This document shows positions 49,505 through 60,846 of a stretch of DNA of 64,000 nucleotides, piece after piece; the first letter of the stretch is position 1, and the number at the start of each line of letters is the position of its first letter. A program made the position numbers and the translations under genes. The stretch covers positions 31 through 64,030 of the forward strand of contig CACDWD010000001.1 of the NCBI GenBank assembly GCA_902556285.1. The letters run 5' to 3'. The notes below the pieces were generated by a model that was given only the letters and a program-made list of their open reading frames with translations, made no database searches and was not told the DNA's origin. Origin of the DNA: an uncultured Pelagibacteraceae bacterium. Its GTDB lineage: Bacteria > Pseudomonadota > Alphaproteobacteria > Pelagibacterales > Pelagibacteraceae.

Positions 49505-50265
49505 TAAATTAAACTAAATAAAATCAAAGCAATTATTATTCTATAAATAACAAACGCATTCATTGAAAATTTATTTATATAAATTAAAAAGAATTTAACT
49601 GTTAGAAAAGAAAAAATAAAAGAAGATATAATTGCGATAACAACCAAGTAATTAAACTGAATTGATTGTTCAAAAACATCTTTTAAGCTTAGGACACTAG
49701 CTCCAGCCAATGCTGGGATTGAAAGTAAAAAAGATATCTTACTAGAGTCAACTCTATTAAATTTTAAAATTCTCGCAGCTGTTATGGTAATTCCTGCCCT
49801 ACTCACTCCAGGTACAAGAGAGAAAATTTGGAAAATACCTATAAATATTATTGACTGAAAATTTAAATTTGAAGAAATTTTTTTATCAAATCGACTTTTG
49901 TCAGAAATATATAATACAATTGCGAATATTAAAGTAGTCCATGCAATGACTTCTAAATTTCTTAACTGATAAATTAAATTTGTACTATAAAGTATGTATC
50001 CAACAATTATTAATGGAATTGATCCTAATACAATTAAATTTAAAATTCTTTTATTTTTTCTGATATCAAACAATTCATCTTTAAAAAAATAAATTATTGC
50101 AATTAGTGAACCTAGATGAAGGCTGATATCAATAAGCAAAGAACTAGATTTAAATTCATATAAAGTAGAAACCAAAATTAAATGAGCAGAAGAACTAATT
50201 GGAAGAAATTCTGATATGCCTTGAATTGCAGAGAGAATTAAAACTTCTATAATATTTTGAAACAT
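49501..50265 (-). CDS. uppP: Undecaprenyl-diphosphate phosphatase
   Basis: QGISEFLPISSSAH, PGVSRAG.T, SFLLSIP. Confidence 0.93.
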   Translation of the reverse strand: MFQNIIEVLILSAIQGISEFLPISSSAHLILVSTLYEFKSSSLLIDISLHLGSLIAIIYFFKDELFDIRKNKRILNLIVLGSIPLIIVGYILYSTNLIYQLRNLEVIAWTTLIFAIVLYISDKSRFDKKISSNLNFQSIIFIGIFQIFSLVPGVSRAGITITAARILKFNRVDSSKISFLLSIPALAGASVLSLKDVFEQSIQFNYLVVIAIISSFIFSFLTVKFFLIYINKFSMNAFVIYRIIIALILFSLIY

Positions 50266-50448
50266 TATTTCTTCGTAACTTATAAAGTATTTATTTAAAA
50301 CAATTCGATTTAAGCATAATAGCTATGCAATAATTAAAAACGTGTTAATTGGCGGTAATAATTTAAAAATTAATGTCAATATATATGACCTATTTTATGC
50401 TTTATATACATAAATCAGGGTATATTTTGCCAAAACTTAAATAATATT

Positions 50449-51888
50449 ATGCCAGATAAAATGCTCAAATTTGTTAAAATAGGTCAACAAACTCCACCTA
50501 AAAGAGAAGTTAATACGAGAAAGAAAGATTTTAACGAAATTTATGACGAGTATATCAATGAAAAAGCCAAAGAACAGTCAAGTAGGTGTTCGCAATGTGG
50601 AGTACCTTTTTGCCAAGTTCATTGTCCTTTAAGTAATAACATTCCAGATTGGCTTAAACTGACAGCAGAGGGAAGATTAAAAGAGGCGTATGAATTATCC
50701 CAAAGCACAAACAATATGCCTGAAGTGTGTGGTCGAATTTGCCCCCAAGATAGATTATGCGAGGGAAATTGTGTAATTGAACAGTCTGGTCATGGAACAG
50801 TAACTATCGGATCAGTAGAAAAATATATTACAGATAATGCTTGGGCTGAGGGCTGGGTAAAACCAATTAAGGTAACTAATGAAAAAAATCAAAGCGTAGG
50901 AATTATAGGAGCAGGTCCTGCTGGTTTAGCTGCTGCAGAACAATTAAGAAAAAATGGATATAAAATTACTGTCTACGATAGATATGATAGAGCAGGAGGA
51001 TTATTAATTTACGGAATTCCAAATTTTAAATTAGAAAAAGAAGTTGTAGAGCGAAGAACGAAACTCTTAAAGGATGGAGGAATTGAATTTGTTCAAAATT
51101 TTGAAGTTGGTAAGGATGCAAGCCTAGATCAATTGAGAAAAAAACACGACGCAATTTTAATTGCAACAGGAGTTTATAAAGCAAGAGAAGTAAACTTACC
51201 TGGAAATGATCTTGATAATATTTTTCCTGCAATGGATTTTTTAACAGCATCTAATAAAAAAGGTCTAGGAGATGATGTTGAGTTGTTTGATAAAGGAATT
51301 TTAAATGCAGAAGGTAAAGATATTGTTGTAATCGGTGGAGGTGACACAGCAATGGATTGTGTAAGAACTTCTATAAGACAGAAGGCAAAATCTGTTAAAT
51401 GTTTGTATAGAAGAGATAAAGAAAATATGCCAGGATCTGCTAGAGAAGTTGCAAATGCAGAAGAAGAAGGTGTTGAGTTTGTTTGGTTATCAAGTCCTAA
51501 AGAATTTAAAGGTACAAATAAAGTAGAAAAAATAATTGTAGATAAAATTAAACTAGGTGATCCAGACGAGACAGGAAGAAGAAAGCCACAAGTACAAGAA
51601 GGCTCAAGTTATGAAACAAAAGCAGATATGGTTATCAAAGCACTAGGTTTTGATCCTGAAGATTTACCAAATTTATTTGATAGTAGTGAATTACAAGTTA
51701 CAAAGTGGGGAACTATTAAAACAGATTTTGATACTATGGAAACAAATATAAAAGGGGTGTTTGCTGCTGGTGATATAGTTAGAGGAGCTTCATTAGTTGT
51801 TTGGGCGATAAAAGATGGAAGAGATGCAGCGGCTTCAATTAAAACTTATCTAGAGAGTAAATCTAAAGTGGAAAAAAGAGTGGCTTAA
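50449..51888 (+). CDS. gltD: Glutamate synthase small subunit
   Basis: RCSQCGVPFC...CP, GRICPQDRLCE, GAGPAG, GGGDTAMDC, GDIVRGASLVVWA. Confidence 0.96.
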   Translation: MPDKMLKFVKIGQQTPPKREVNTRKKDFNEIYDEYINEKAKEQSSRCSQCGVPFCQVHCPLSNNIPDWLKLTAEGRLKEAYELSQSTNNMPEVCGRICPQDRLCEGNCVIEQSGHGTVTIGSVEKYITDNAWAEGWVKPIKVTNEKNQSVGIIGAGPAGLAAAEQLRKNGYKITVYDRYDRAGGLLIYGIPNFKLEKEVVERRTKLLKDGGIEFVQNFEVGKDASLDQLRKKHDAILIATGVYKAREVNLPGNDLDNIFPAMDFLTASNKKGLGDDVELFDKGILNAEGKDIVVIGGGDTAMDCVRTSIRQKAKSVKCLYRRDKENMPGSAREVANAEEEGVEFVWLSSPKEFKGTNKVEKIIVDKIKLGDPDETGRRKPQVQEGSSYETKADMVIKALGFDPEDLPNLFDSSELQVTKWGTIKTDFDTMETNIKGVFAAGDIVRGASLVVWAIKDGRDAAASIKTYLESKSKVEKRVA

Positions 51889-54800
51889 TGGAAAATTATA
51901 AAAAGAACCTTTACCTTTTAAAAGAAAATAATGTTTATTCAGAAGACATGGAGCATGATGCTTGTGGTGTTGGTATAATTGCATCAACTGAAGGTAAAAA
52001 ATCTCGTAAAGTTGTAGAGTATGGTATTGAGGCATTAAAAGCAGTTTGGCATAGAGGCGCTGTAGACGCCGATGGAAAAACTGGTGATGGAGCTGGGATT
52101 CATGTTGAAATACCAAAAGATTTCTTCATTGAAAAGATAGAAGTGACAGGACACACATATGACAATTCTGAAATATGTGTGGGCATGATATTTCTACCTC
52201 GGAATGATTACGCAGCACAAGAAAGTTGCAAAACTATTGTTGAAAGTGAATTAACAAAAAATGATTTTAGTATTTATGGCTGGAGACAAGTTCCAGTTAA
52301 TCCAAAAGTTTTAGGAGAAAAGGCATTCCAAACAATGCCTGAAATTATTCAAGTATTGTTTAAACCTTATGATCCAGAATTAACAAATAAAGATTTAGAA
52401 AGAAAAATTTATGAAACTAGAAGAAAGATAGAAAATGAAGCTTTTAAAAAGTCTTTAAACAATTTTTATATTTGTTCATTGAGTTCTAAATCTATCATTT
52501 ACAAGGGAATGTTTTTAGCTGAAGCTATCTCAGATTTCTACCTTGATCTAAAAGATGAGAGATTTGTTTCAAGGTTTGCTATTTTTCATCAAAGATTTTC
52601 AACAAACACAGCACCTAGCTGGAATTTAGCTCAACCCTTTAGAGCTATAGCGCATAATGGAGAAATTAATACTTATAGAGGAAATAAAAATTGGATGAAA
52701 GTTCATGAGCAAGAGATGAACAGTCCCCTTTTTGACGATGTTGAAAACTTAAAACCTGTTATACAACAGGGAGCATCAGACTCTGCTGCATTAGACAATG
52801 TTTTTGAATTATTAAATATATCTGGTCAGCCTGCGCCTTTGGCGAAGCTTATGTTAGTTCCAGACGCATGGTCTAAAAAAAATAAAACTTTAACAAAAGA
52901 TCATCAACAATTATTTAATTTTTTAAACAGCACTATGGAGCCATGGGATGGACCAGCAGCTATTGCTGGAACTGATAATGAGTGGGTTATAGCTGCAAAT
53001 GATAGAAATGGATTAAGACCTTTAAGATACGCAATTACAAAAGATAAATTATTATTTGCAGGTTCTGAAACAGGAATGATTGAATTAAATGAAAAAAGAA
53101 TTTTGTCAAAGGGAAGATTGGGTCCTGGGGAAATAATTGGAGTTAGAATAGAAAAAGGTAAAGTATTTACTAACAAGCAAATAAAAGATTATTTAGCCAA
53201 AGAATATAAACACTTTAATTCACAAATTATCGACCTAGATGATAAGTTAACCATTTCAGATGAAAAAAGTTCTTTTTTGGGAGATGATTTAAGAAGAAGG
53301 CAATATACTTTTGGAATAAGTTTAGAAGACCTTGAGCTCATACTGCATCCTATGGCAGAAGATGCTAAAGAAGCAACTGGATCTATGGGTGACGATACAC
53401 CATTGGCTGTTTTGTCAGATAGATATAGACCATTATACCATTTTTTTAGACAGAATTTTAGCCAAGTCACCAACCCACCAATAGACTCTTTAAGAGAAAA
53501 CAAGGTTATGAGTTTGAAAACAAGATTTGGAAATCTTGGAAATATTTTAAATTTTGATAATTTAACAAAGCAAAATATTTATGTTTTAAATAGTCCAATA
53601 TTATCAAATTCACAGTTTGAAAAATTTATAAATTTTTTTGGCAATAACTCATCTATAATTGATTGTACTTTTTCTGAAGAAGAGACTTTGTTTGACTCAA
53701 TTAAAAAAATTCAAAAAGAAGCTGAAATTGCAGTAAGACAGGGAGTTACTCAATTGATTTTAAGTGACAAAGAGCTTTCTAGCTTAAAACTTCCAATACC
53801 AATGCTTTTAGCAGTTGGATCAATTAATTCGTTCCTTATTGAAAAAAAACTAAGAGGATATGTATCAATAAATGTACAATCTGGAGAGGCTTTAGATACA
53901 CACTCTTTTGCAACCTTAATAGGAGTTGGAGCAACTACTGTAAATCCATATTTAGCATTTGATAGTTTATTCCAGCGCTATGAAAAGAAGTTATTTGAAA
54001 AATTTAGCTTTGATGAATGTGTAGAGAGATACATAAAATCAGTAAACGCAGGTTTATTAAAGATCATGTCTAAGATGGGTATTTCAGTTTTAAGTTCTTA
54101 TAGAGGTGGATGTAACTTTGAAACTGTAGGTTTAAGTAGAACAATTGTTGCAGATTATTTTCCAGGAGTGGTCTCTAAAATTTCAGGTATTGGACTTACG
54201 GGTATAGAGAAAAAAATTAGAGAAATTCATAAAGAGGCATTTGAAAGTTCTGAAACCATATTGCCGATAGGCGGTATATATAGATATCGTAAAAATGGTG
54301 AAACACATCAATATCAAGGAAAATTAATTCATTTACTTCAAAGTGCAGTAGGATCTAATTCTTATGACGCCTATAAAAGATATGCAGAAGGAATATACAG
54401 TTTACCACCTATTAATCTTAGAGACTTAATTGATTTTAGAGAAAAAAAATTAAGTGGGCCAATAGATATTTCTGAGGTTGAGCCAATAGAAAATATCTTA
54501 AAAAGATTTGGAAGTGGGAGCATGTCTCATGGAGCCTTATCTAAAGAGGCACATGAAACTTTGGCAACTGGTATGAATAGGATCAAAGGTGCCTCATGTA
54601 GCGGAGAGGGCGGTGAAGACGCAAGTAGATTTAAAGTTTTAGATAATGGTGACAGCGCAAACTCAAGAGTTAAACAAATAGCTTCTGCAAGATTCGGAGT
54701 TACAGTTAATTATCTTAATAATTGTAATGAGATAGAAATTAAAATTGCACAAGGCGCTAAGCCTGGTGAAGGAGGCCAGCTACCAGGATTTAAAGTTACA

Positions 54801-56393
54801 GAGGAGATTGCTAAACTTAGACATTCAACTCCTGGAGTAACTTTAATATCACCACCACCACATCATGATATTTATTCGATCGAAGATCTTGCACAACTAA
54901 TTTATGATTTGAAACAGATAAATCCTAAAGCAAGAATTGGAGTTAAGCTTGTTGCTTCCTCTGGAGTAGGAACAATTGCAGCTGGTGTAGCTAAAGCAAA
55001 AGCAGATATAATATTAATTTCTGGACACAATGGTGGAACAGGAGCAACACCTCAAACAAGTGTTAAGTATGTTGGAATACCTTGGGAAATGGGTTTGACT
55101 GAAGCAAACCAAGTATTAACTTTAAATAATCTTAGACATAAAGTTACATTAAGAACAGACGGTGGAATTAAAACTGGAAGAGATGTGGTTATAGCTGCAA
55201 TGATGGGTGCTGAAGAATATGGTGTCGCTACCACAGCATTAGTTGCAATGGGATGTATAATGGTAAGGCAGTGTCATTCAAATACATGTCCTGTAGGCGT
55301 TTGTACTCAAGATGAAAAGCTCAGAGAAAAATTTACTGGTACTCCAGAAAAAGTAGTTAATTTGTTCACATTTATAGCTAGTGAAGTAAGAGAAATATTA
55401 GCAAATTTAGGTTTTAAATCATTAAATGAAGTGATTGGTAGGACAGACTTGTTAAAACAGGTTAGTAAGGGTTCTCCAAATTTAGATGATTTAGATTTAA
55501 ATCCATTATTTGTTCAAGCTGATAATGGAAATAATCCAAGGTATTGTGAGGATCAAGAAATAAATAGTGTACCAGATACTCTTGACCAACAAATTTGGCC
55601 AGAAATTGAACAAGCTTTAGATAATTCTGAAAAAATTGAGAAAGAATATCAAATAAAAAATACTCACAGGGCAGTAGGCACAAGAATTTCTCATCATTTG
55701 TATAAAAAATACGGTTATGAAAAACTTGATGAAAACTTTTTAGTTTTAAATTTTAAAGGATCAGCAGGTCAATCATTTGGTGCATTTTCTTCTAAAGGTT
55801 TAAAACTTGTATTAAAGGGAGATGCAAATGATTATGTTGGTAAAGGTTTGTCAGGAGCTACTATTTCAATAAAATTACCTGAAGAGAGCAATTTAGTTTC
55901 AAATGAGAATACAATTTTAGGAAATACTGTTCTTTACGGAGCTACTTCAGGAAAACTTTTTGCTGCTGGCCAAGCTGGCGAAAGATTTTCAGTAAGAAAT
56001 TCTGGTGCAGTTACAGTAATTGAAGGATGCGATTCTAATGGATGTGAATATATGACTGGTGGAACTGTAGTAATTTTAGGAGATGTTGGTGATAATTTTG
56101 CAGCCGGTATGACAGGTGGAATGGCCTTTATATATGACAAATCTCAACAATTTGAAAAGAAAGTAAATCCGGAGTCAGTAGTTTGGCAAAATGTAGAGAC
56201 AGATTATTGGAAAGAATATTTAAAAAATTTAGTTAGTGAGCATTTTAAAGAAACTGAGTCTCAATTATCAAAAAAAATAATTGAATATTTTGATAATGAA
56301 GTAAATAATTTTGTTCAGGTGTGTCCTAAAGAAATGTTGGATAAATTAAAAAATCCAATTACTTTAAAAAAAGATATAAAAAAAGTTAGCTAA
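51888..56393 (+). CDS. gltB: Glutamate synthase large subunit
   Basis: HDA-CGVG, HQRFSTNT, EPWDGPA, KIAQGAKPGEGGQLPG, 3Fe-4S CIMVRQCHSNTC, GXGXG repeats. Confidence 0.98.
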   Translation: MENYKKNLYLLKENNVYSEDMEHDACGVGIIASTEGKKSRKVVEYGIEALKAVWHRGAVDADGKTGDGAGIHVEIPKDFFIEKIEVTGHTYDNSEICVGMIFLPRNDYAAQESCKTIVESELTKNDFSIYGWRQVPVNPKVLGEKAFQTMPEIIQVLFKPYDPELTNKDLERKIYETRRKIENEAFKKSLNNFYICSLSSKSIIYKGMFLAEAISDFYLDLKDERFVSRFAIFHQRFSTNTAPSWNLAQPFRAIAHNGEINTYRGNKNWMKVHEQEMNSPLFDDVENLKPVIQQGASDSAALDNVFELLNISGQPAPLAKLMLVPDAWSKKNKTLTKDHQQLFNFLNSTMEPWDGPAAIAGTDNEWVIAANDRNGLRPLRYAITKDKLLFAGSETGMIELNEKRILSKGRLGPGEIIGVRIEKGKVFTNKQIKDYLAKEYKHFNSQIIDLDDKLTISDEKSSFLGDDLRRRQYTFGISLEDLELILHPMAEDAKEATGSMGDDTPLAVLSDRYRPLYHFFRQNFSQVTNPPIDSLRENKVMSLKTRFGNLGNILNFDNLTKQNIYVLNSPILSNSQFEKFINFFGNNSSIIDCTFSEEETLFDSIKKIQKEAEIAVRQGVTQLILSDKELSSLKLPIPMLLAVGSINSFLIEKKLRGYVSINVQSGEALDTHSFATLIGVGATTVNPYLAFDSLFQRYEKKLFEKFSFDECVERYIKSVNAGLLKIMSKMGISVLSSYRGGCNFETVGLSRTIVADYFPGVVSKISGIGLTGIEKKIREIHKEAFESSETILPIGGIYRYRKNGETHQYQGKLIHLLQSAVGSNSYDAYKRYAEGIYSLPPINLRDLIDFREKKLSGPIDISEVEPIENILKRFGSGSMSHGALSKEAHETLATGMNRIKGASCSGEGGEDASRFKVLDNGDSANSRVKQIASARFGVTVNYLNNCNEIEIKIAQGAKPGEGGQLPGFKVTEEIAKLRHSTPGVTLISPPPHHDIYSIEDLAQLIYDLKQINPKARIGVKLVASSGVGTIAAGVAKAKADIILISGHNGGTGATPQTSVKYVGIPWEMGLTEANQVLTLNNLRHKVTLRTDGGIKTGRDVVIAAMMGAEEYGVATTALVAMGCIMVRQCHSNTCPVGVCTQDEKLREKFTGTPEKVVNLFTFIASEVREILANLGFKSLNEVIGRTDLLKQVSKGSPNLDDLDLNPLFVQADNGNNPRYCEDQEINSVPDTLDQQIWPEIEQALDNSEKIEKEYQIKNTHRAVGTRISHHLYKKYGYEKLDENFLVLNFKGSAGQSFGAFSSKGLKLVLKGDANDYVGKGLSGATISIKLPEESNLVSNENTILGNTVLYGATSGKLFAAGQAGERFSVRNSGAVTVIEGCDSNGCEYMTGGTVVILGDVGDNFAAGMTGGMAFIYDKSQQFEKKVNPESVVWQNVETDYWKEYLKNLVSEHFKETESQLSKKIIEYFDNEVNNFVQVCPKEMLDKLKNPITLKKDIKKVS

Positions 56394-57133
56394 ATTAATA
56401 ATTTAAGCTCTTTTAAAATTATATTTAGCCATTTTTTATTTGATAAACTGTGATCACCTTTTTTTATAATATTTAATTTTTTCTTAGCTTTTGGAAATAA
56501 TCTCAAAACTTTTCTTGAATATGAGACAGGAACTGCTTCATCTTTTTCACCATGTACCATTGTGACTTTAATTTTTGAATTTATTTTCTTATTTAAGACT
56601 TTATTTTTTCTACCATCTTTTATTAATTGTAGAGTAATTGGATATTCATAATTGCCATGTTTTAATTGATAAATACCCTTACGTATTGTTTCCTCTTTCA
56701 TTTTTTTACTAAATTTTTTCCACATTAAATTTTCTAAAAATTCAGGAGCAGCCCCTATTCCTAAAAATCCTTTAATCTGTTTTTTGAAAATTTTGAATTG
56801 ATTAAGCGAAATCCATGCGCCCATACTTGAACCAATTAGCACAAATTCTTTTTTTTTAACGTATTTTTTTATTAAAATTGATGTCTCTTTACTCCATTTT
56901 GAAATATTTCCATTTACAAATTTTCCAGAAGATTTTCCATGACCAGAGTATTCTAGTGCTAAAAAACTTATCTTATTTTTTTTAGCAAATTTTAAAAATG
57001 CATTCGGTTTTTTTCCTTCAAGATCCGACATAAAGCCATGCAAAAAAACTATAAAAGAATTATTTTTAAAAATTTTGTAAATATATCTAATTTTCTTTGT
57101 ATTTGATATTTGATGAAATCTGAAATTTGCCAT
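56390..57133 (-). CDS. Alpha/beta hydrolase (ABHD10-like)
   Basis: FLHGFMSD, YSGHGKS, GSSMGAW, HGEKDEAVP, GDHSLS. Confidence 0.88.
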   Translation of the reverse strand: MANFRFHQISNTKKIRYIYKIFKNNSFIVFLHGFMSDLEGKKPNAFLKFAKKNKISFLALEYSGHGKSSGKFVNGNISKWSKETSILIKKYVKKKEFVLIGSSMGAWISLNQFKIFKKQIKGFLGIGAAPEFLENLMWKKFSKKMKEETIRKGIYQLKHGNYEYPITLQLIKDGRKNKVLNKKINSKIKVTMVHGEKDEAVPVSYSRKVLRLFPKAKKKLNIIKKGDHSLSNKKWLNIILKELKLLI

Positions 57134-57175
57134 AATCGTTTATAAGTTTTGTCTATTAATATATAATCATATCAA

Positions 57176-58330
57176 ATGTCATCTGATTTAAAAGTTTTAC
57201 AAGTAATTCCAAAATTAGGATATGGAGGAGCTGAAACAGGCTGTTATGATATTGCACATTATTTACCAGAAAATAATTGTAAATCATTTATTGTAACAAG
57301 TGGTGGTGAATTACTTAAATTTGTAGATAGAAAAAAAGTTAAAATATTTAGACTTCCAGTGCAAAGCAAAAACCCACTACTAATTTTAATTAACGCTTTT
57401 ATATTAATTGGAATAATTTTGGTTTATAATATTTCTCTTGTTCACGCGAGAAGTAGAGCACCTGCCTGGTCATGTTTGTTAGCAACAAAAATCACAGGAC
57501 GAAAATTTGTAACTACATTTCATGGAACATACAATTTTAAGAGCAATATTAAAAAAATTTATAATTCAGTAATGACTAGAGCAGATTTAATAATTGCAGG
57601 ATCTAATTTTATTTTTTCTCATATTAAAAAAAATTATTCAAAATATTTAAATGAGAAAAAAAAATTAATGGTTATTTTTAGAGGAATAAATGTTGACTAC
57701 TTTGACCCAACAACCAAAATTGAAATTGATGAAAAAAAATTATTAAAAAAATGGGAAATTGAAAAAGATAAAAAAATTATACTTTTACCTGGTAGATTAA
57801 CTTCCTGGAAAGGACAGGAAGTTTTTATAGAGGCAATTAATCTAGTGAATATAGAACTGGGTTATGAAGCATTTTATGCTGTCATTCTAGGCAGTGATCA
57901 AGGTAGAGATTTATATAAGAAAAAATTAATAAGACTTTCAGAGCAATATAGATTGTCTAAACAAATAAGGTTTATAGATCATTGCAAGGACATGGCATTA
58001 GCTTATAAAGTTTCTGATATTATTGTTTCGGCCTCAATCGAACCAGAGGCTTTTGGTAGAGTTGCTGTTGAAGCACAATCGATGGAAAAACCAATTATAG
58101 CAAGTAACATTGGAGGTTCTAATGAAACAATAATTGATGAAAAAACTGGTTTTTTATACGAAGCAGGAAATGCCAAATCATTAAGTAATAAAATATTAAG
58201 AACTCTTAACATGGATGAAACTTTATTAAAATCAATTGGTAATGAGGGAAGAAAAAACATAGTTCAAAAATTTAATGTTGAAAAAATGTGCTTTTCTACT
58301 TATTCAGAGTATAAGAGATTATTAAATTAA
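57176..58330 (+). CDS. Glycosyltransferase family 4
   Basis: GGAE, HARSRAPAW, PGRLT.WKGQ, EAFGRVAVEAQ. Confidence 0.9.
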   Translation: MSSDLKVLQVIPKLGYGGAETGCYDIAHYLPENNCKSFIVTSGGELLKFVDRKKVKIFRLPVQSKNPLLILINAFILIGIILVYNISLVHARSRAPAWSCLLATKITGRKFVTTFHGTYNFKSNIKKIYNSVMTRADLIIAGSNFIFSHIKKNYSKYLNEKKKLMVIFRGINVDYFDPTTKIEIDEKKLLKKWEIEKDKKIILLPGRLTSWKGQEVFIEAINLVNIELGYEAFYAVILGSDQGRDLYKKKLIRLSEQYRLSKQIRFIDHCKDMALAYKVSDIIVSASIEPEAFGRVAVEAQSMEKPIIASNIGGSNETIIDEKTGFLYEAGNAKSLSNKILRTLNMDETLLKSIGNEGRKNIVQKFNVEKMCFSTYSEYKRLLN

Positions 58331-60247
58331 ATGCCGATAATAACATTACCTGACGGAAACAATATTGATTTTCCTAAAAAAGTTACTGGACTAGAAGTAG
58401 CTGAAAAAATTAGTAAATCATTAGCTAAGCAAGCCATGGTCATAAGTGTTGATGGACAGCTTAAAGATCTTGATTTTCTAATTGAAAATGATTGTTCTGT
58501 AAAAATTTTTACCTCAAAAAATCCTGAGGGTTTGGAAACTATAAGGCATGACACAGCTCATATTTTAGCTATGGCTGTTCAAGAATTATTTCCTGGCACA
58601 CAAGTTACAATTGGACCCGTGATTGAAAATGGATTTTATTACGACTTCGCTAGAAAAGAACCATTTACAGAGGATGATCTAGTTAAAATTGAAAATAAAA
58701 TGAAAGAAATTGTTGATAGGAATGAAATAACAAAAAGAGAAGTTTGGGATAGAAACAAAGCAATTAGCCATTTTAAAAAAAAAGGAGAAATTTATAAAGC
58801 TGAGCTGATTGAAGCGATACCCGAAAATGAAGATGTATCAATTTATTTTCATGGAGAATGGCATGATTTATGTAGAGGTCCACATCTTTCCTCCACAGGT
58901 AAAATAGGAAAATATTTTAAACTTACAAAAGTGTCAGGAGCATATTGGAGAGGAGATTCTAATAACGAAATGTTGCAACGAATATATGGTACGAGTTGGG
59001 CAACTCAAAAAGATCTAGATGAATATTTGAAAAGAATAGAAGAAGCAGAAAAAAGAGATCATAGAAAATTAGGTAGAGAAATGGATTTATTTCATTTTAG
59101 AGAAGAAAGTCCTGGCTCAGTATTTTGGCATGAAAGAGGATGGGGTTTATTTCAAAAGCTCATAAACTACATGAGAAGTAGACAAGACGCTGCTGGTTAT
59201 AAAGAGGTAAATACTCCAGAGGTATTAGATAGACAACTATGGGAAAAATCTGGGCATTGGGAGAAATATGGAGAAAACATGTACACTTCTGAAACGCCAG
59301 ACGAGAAAGTTTTTGCAATTAAACCGATGAATTGCCCTGGTCATGTCCAGGTATTTAATCAAGGCTTAAAAAGTTACAGAGATCTTCCTTTACGTTTTGC
59401 TGAATTTGGAAAAGTTCATCGTTATGAGCCATCAGGCGCTTTACATGGGTTATTAAGAGTAAGAGCTTTTACTCAAGATGATGCCCATATTTTTTGTACT
59501 GAAGATCAAATTACTAGTGAATGTTTAATTGTTACAAATCTAATACTAGATATTTATAAGGACCTTGGTTTTGAAAACGTAATTCTAAAATATGCAGACA
59601 GGCCAGAAGTAAGAGTGGGTGATGATTTAGTATGGGATAAAGCAGAAGCCTCTTTGCTTGAAGCTGTTAAAGCTTCCAAATTAGAATATAGTATTAATAA
59701 AGGTGAGGGAGCATTTTATGGTCCTAAAATTGAATTTGTTTTACGAGATGCTATTGGTAGAGATTGGCAATGTGGAACTTTACAAGTGGATTTAAATTTA
59801 CCTGGAAGATTAGAAGCTTCTTATGTTGACAAAGATGGAACCAAAAAAGTTCCTGTGATGTTGCATAGAGCTTTATTTGGTTCTTTAGAGAGATTTATTG
59901 GAATTTTAATTGAAAACTATGCAGGTAAGTTTCCATTTTGGATATCTCCTTTACAGACTATGGTAATACCTATTTCAGAAGAATTTAATGACTATGCGGT
60001 CGAAGTATCAAATAAAATTAAAAATTCAGGCATAAGTTCTGCAGTAGATTTAAAAAATCATAATTTAAATTATAAAATTAGAGATCATTCTTTAGCAAAA
60101 ATACCGCTTTTATTAATTTGTGGTAAAAAAGAAGTTGACTCCAATTCAGTAACGATTAGAAGATTAGACTCTAATAAACAAGAAAATATGGGTATAGATC
60201 AATTCTTAAAAACTTTCTCTGCTTTAAACAAAGCATCATCAAACTAA
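58331..60247 (+). CDS. thrS: Threonine-tRNA ligase
   Basis: TGS domain, DLCRGPH, KPMNCPGH, RVRAFTQDDAH, HRALFGSLERF. Confidence 0.98.
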   Translation: MPIITLPDGNNIDFPKKVTGLEVAEKISKSLAKQAMVISVDGQLKDLDFLIENDCSVKIFTSKNPEGLETIRHDTAHILAMAVQELFPGTQVTIGPVIENGFYYDFARKEPFTEDDLVKIENKMKEIVDRNEITKREVWDRNKAISHFKKKGEIYKAELIEAIPENEDVSIYFHGEWHDLCRGPHLSSTGKIGKYFKLTKVSGAYWRGDSNNEMLQRIYGTSWATQKDLDEYLKRIEEAEKRDHRKLGREMDLFHFREESPGSVFWHERGWGLFQKLINYMRSRQDAAGYKEVNTPEVLDRQLWEKSGHWEKYGENMYTSETPDEKVFAIKPMNCPGHVQVFNQGLKSYRDLPLRFAEFGKVHRYEPSGALHGLLRVRAFTQDDAHIFCTEDQITSECLIVTNLILDIYKDLGFENVILKYADRPEVRVGDDLVWDKAEASLLEAVKASKLEYSINKGEGAFYGPKIEFVLRDAIGRDWQCGTLQVDLNLPGRLEASYVDKDGTKKVPVMLHRALFGSLERFIGILIENYAGKFPFWISPLQTMVIPISEEFNDYAVEVSNKIKNSGISSAVDLKNHNLNYKIRDHSLAKIPLLLICGKKEVDSNSVTIRRLDSNKQENMGIDQFLKTFSALNKASSN

Positions 60248-60793
60248 GTGGCAGATTTCAAACAAAATTATTTTCAAAGAAGAACTAAGGATAAAGGTCC
60301 AAGATCAAATAATAGAATTTCTTCTCCAGATGTTCAGGTAATAGGAAGTGATGGAGAAAATCTTGGAGTGATGAATACCAATGAAGCTATTTCTATGGCA
60401 AAAAATAAAGGTTTAGATTTAATTGAAATAGCACCCAATGCAAATCCTCCTGTATGTAAAATAATGGATATGGGTAAATACAAGTATGATGCTCAGAAAA
60501 AAGCTAATCTTGCAAAGAAAAAACAAAAAATTGTTTCTTTAAAAGAAATTAAAATGAGACCTGTTACTGAAACTCATGATTATGAGTTTAAAGTTAAAAA
60601 TGCTAAAAAATTTATAGCTAAAGGAGATAAGGTCAAATTTACTATAAGATTTAAAGGTAGAGAGCTTCAGCATTCCCATCTAGGAAATGAACTAATGGGT
60701 AAAATTAAAGAAGATATGAAGGATATTGGCAAGGTAGAATTGCATCCCAAGTTTGATGGGAAGCAAATGATCATGGTAATTCAGCCTTTATAA
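60248..60793 (+). CDS. infC: Translation initiation factor IF-3
   Basis: LDLIEIAPNA.PPVCKIMD.GKYKY, GDKVK...RFKGRE; start codon uncertain (GTG right after thrS stop). Confidence 0.94.
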   Translation: MADFKQNYFQRRTKDKGPRSNNRISSPDVQVIGSDGENLGVMNTNEAISMAKNKGLDLIEIAPNANPPVCKIMDMGKYKYDAQKKANLAKKKQKIVSLKEIKMRPVTETHDYEFKVKNAKKFIAKGDKVKFTIRFKGRELQHSHLGNELMGKIKEDMKDIGKVELHPKFDGKQMIMVIQPL

Positions 60794-60846
60794 GCTTTAA
60801 TAGAGGTTGTAAAATTATATCTTTCTTTGTATAAGTCCGCAGAATT

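Noticed and set aside
60248-60250. Non-ATG start of infC as a novel feature
   Set aside because: Non-canonical infC starts are well known (autoregulation), and the exact start cannot be fixed from sequence alone
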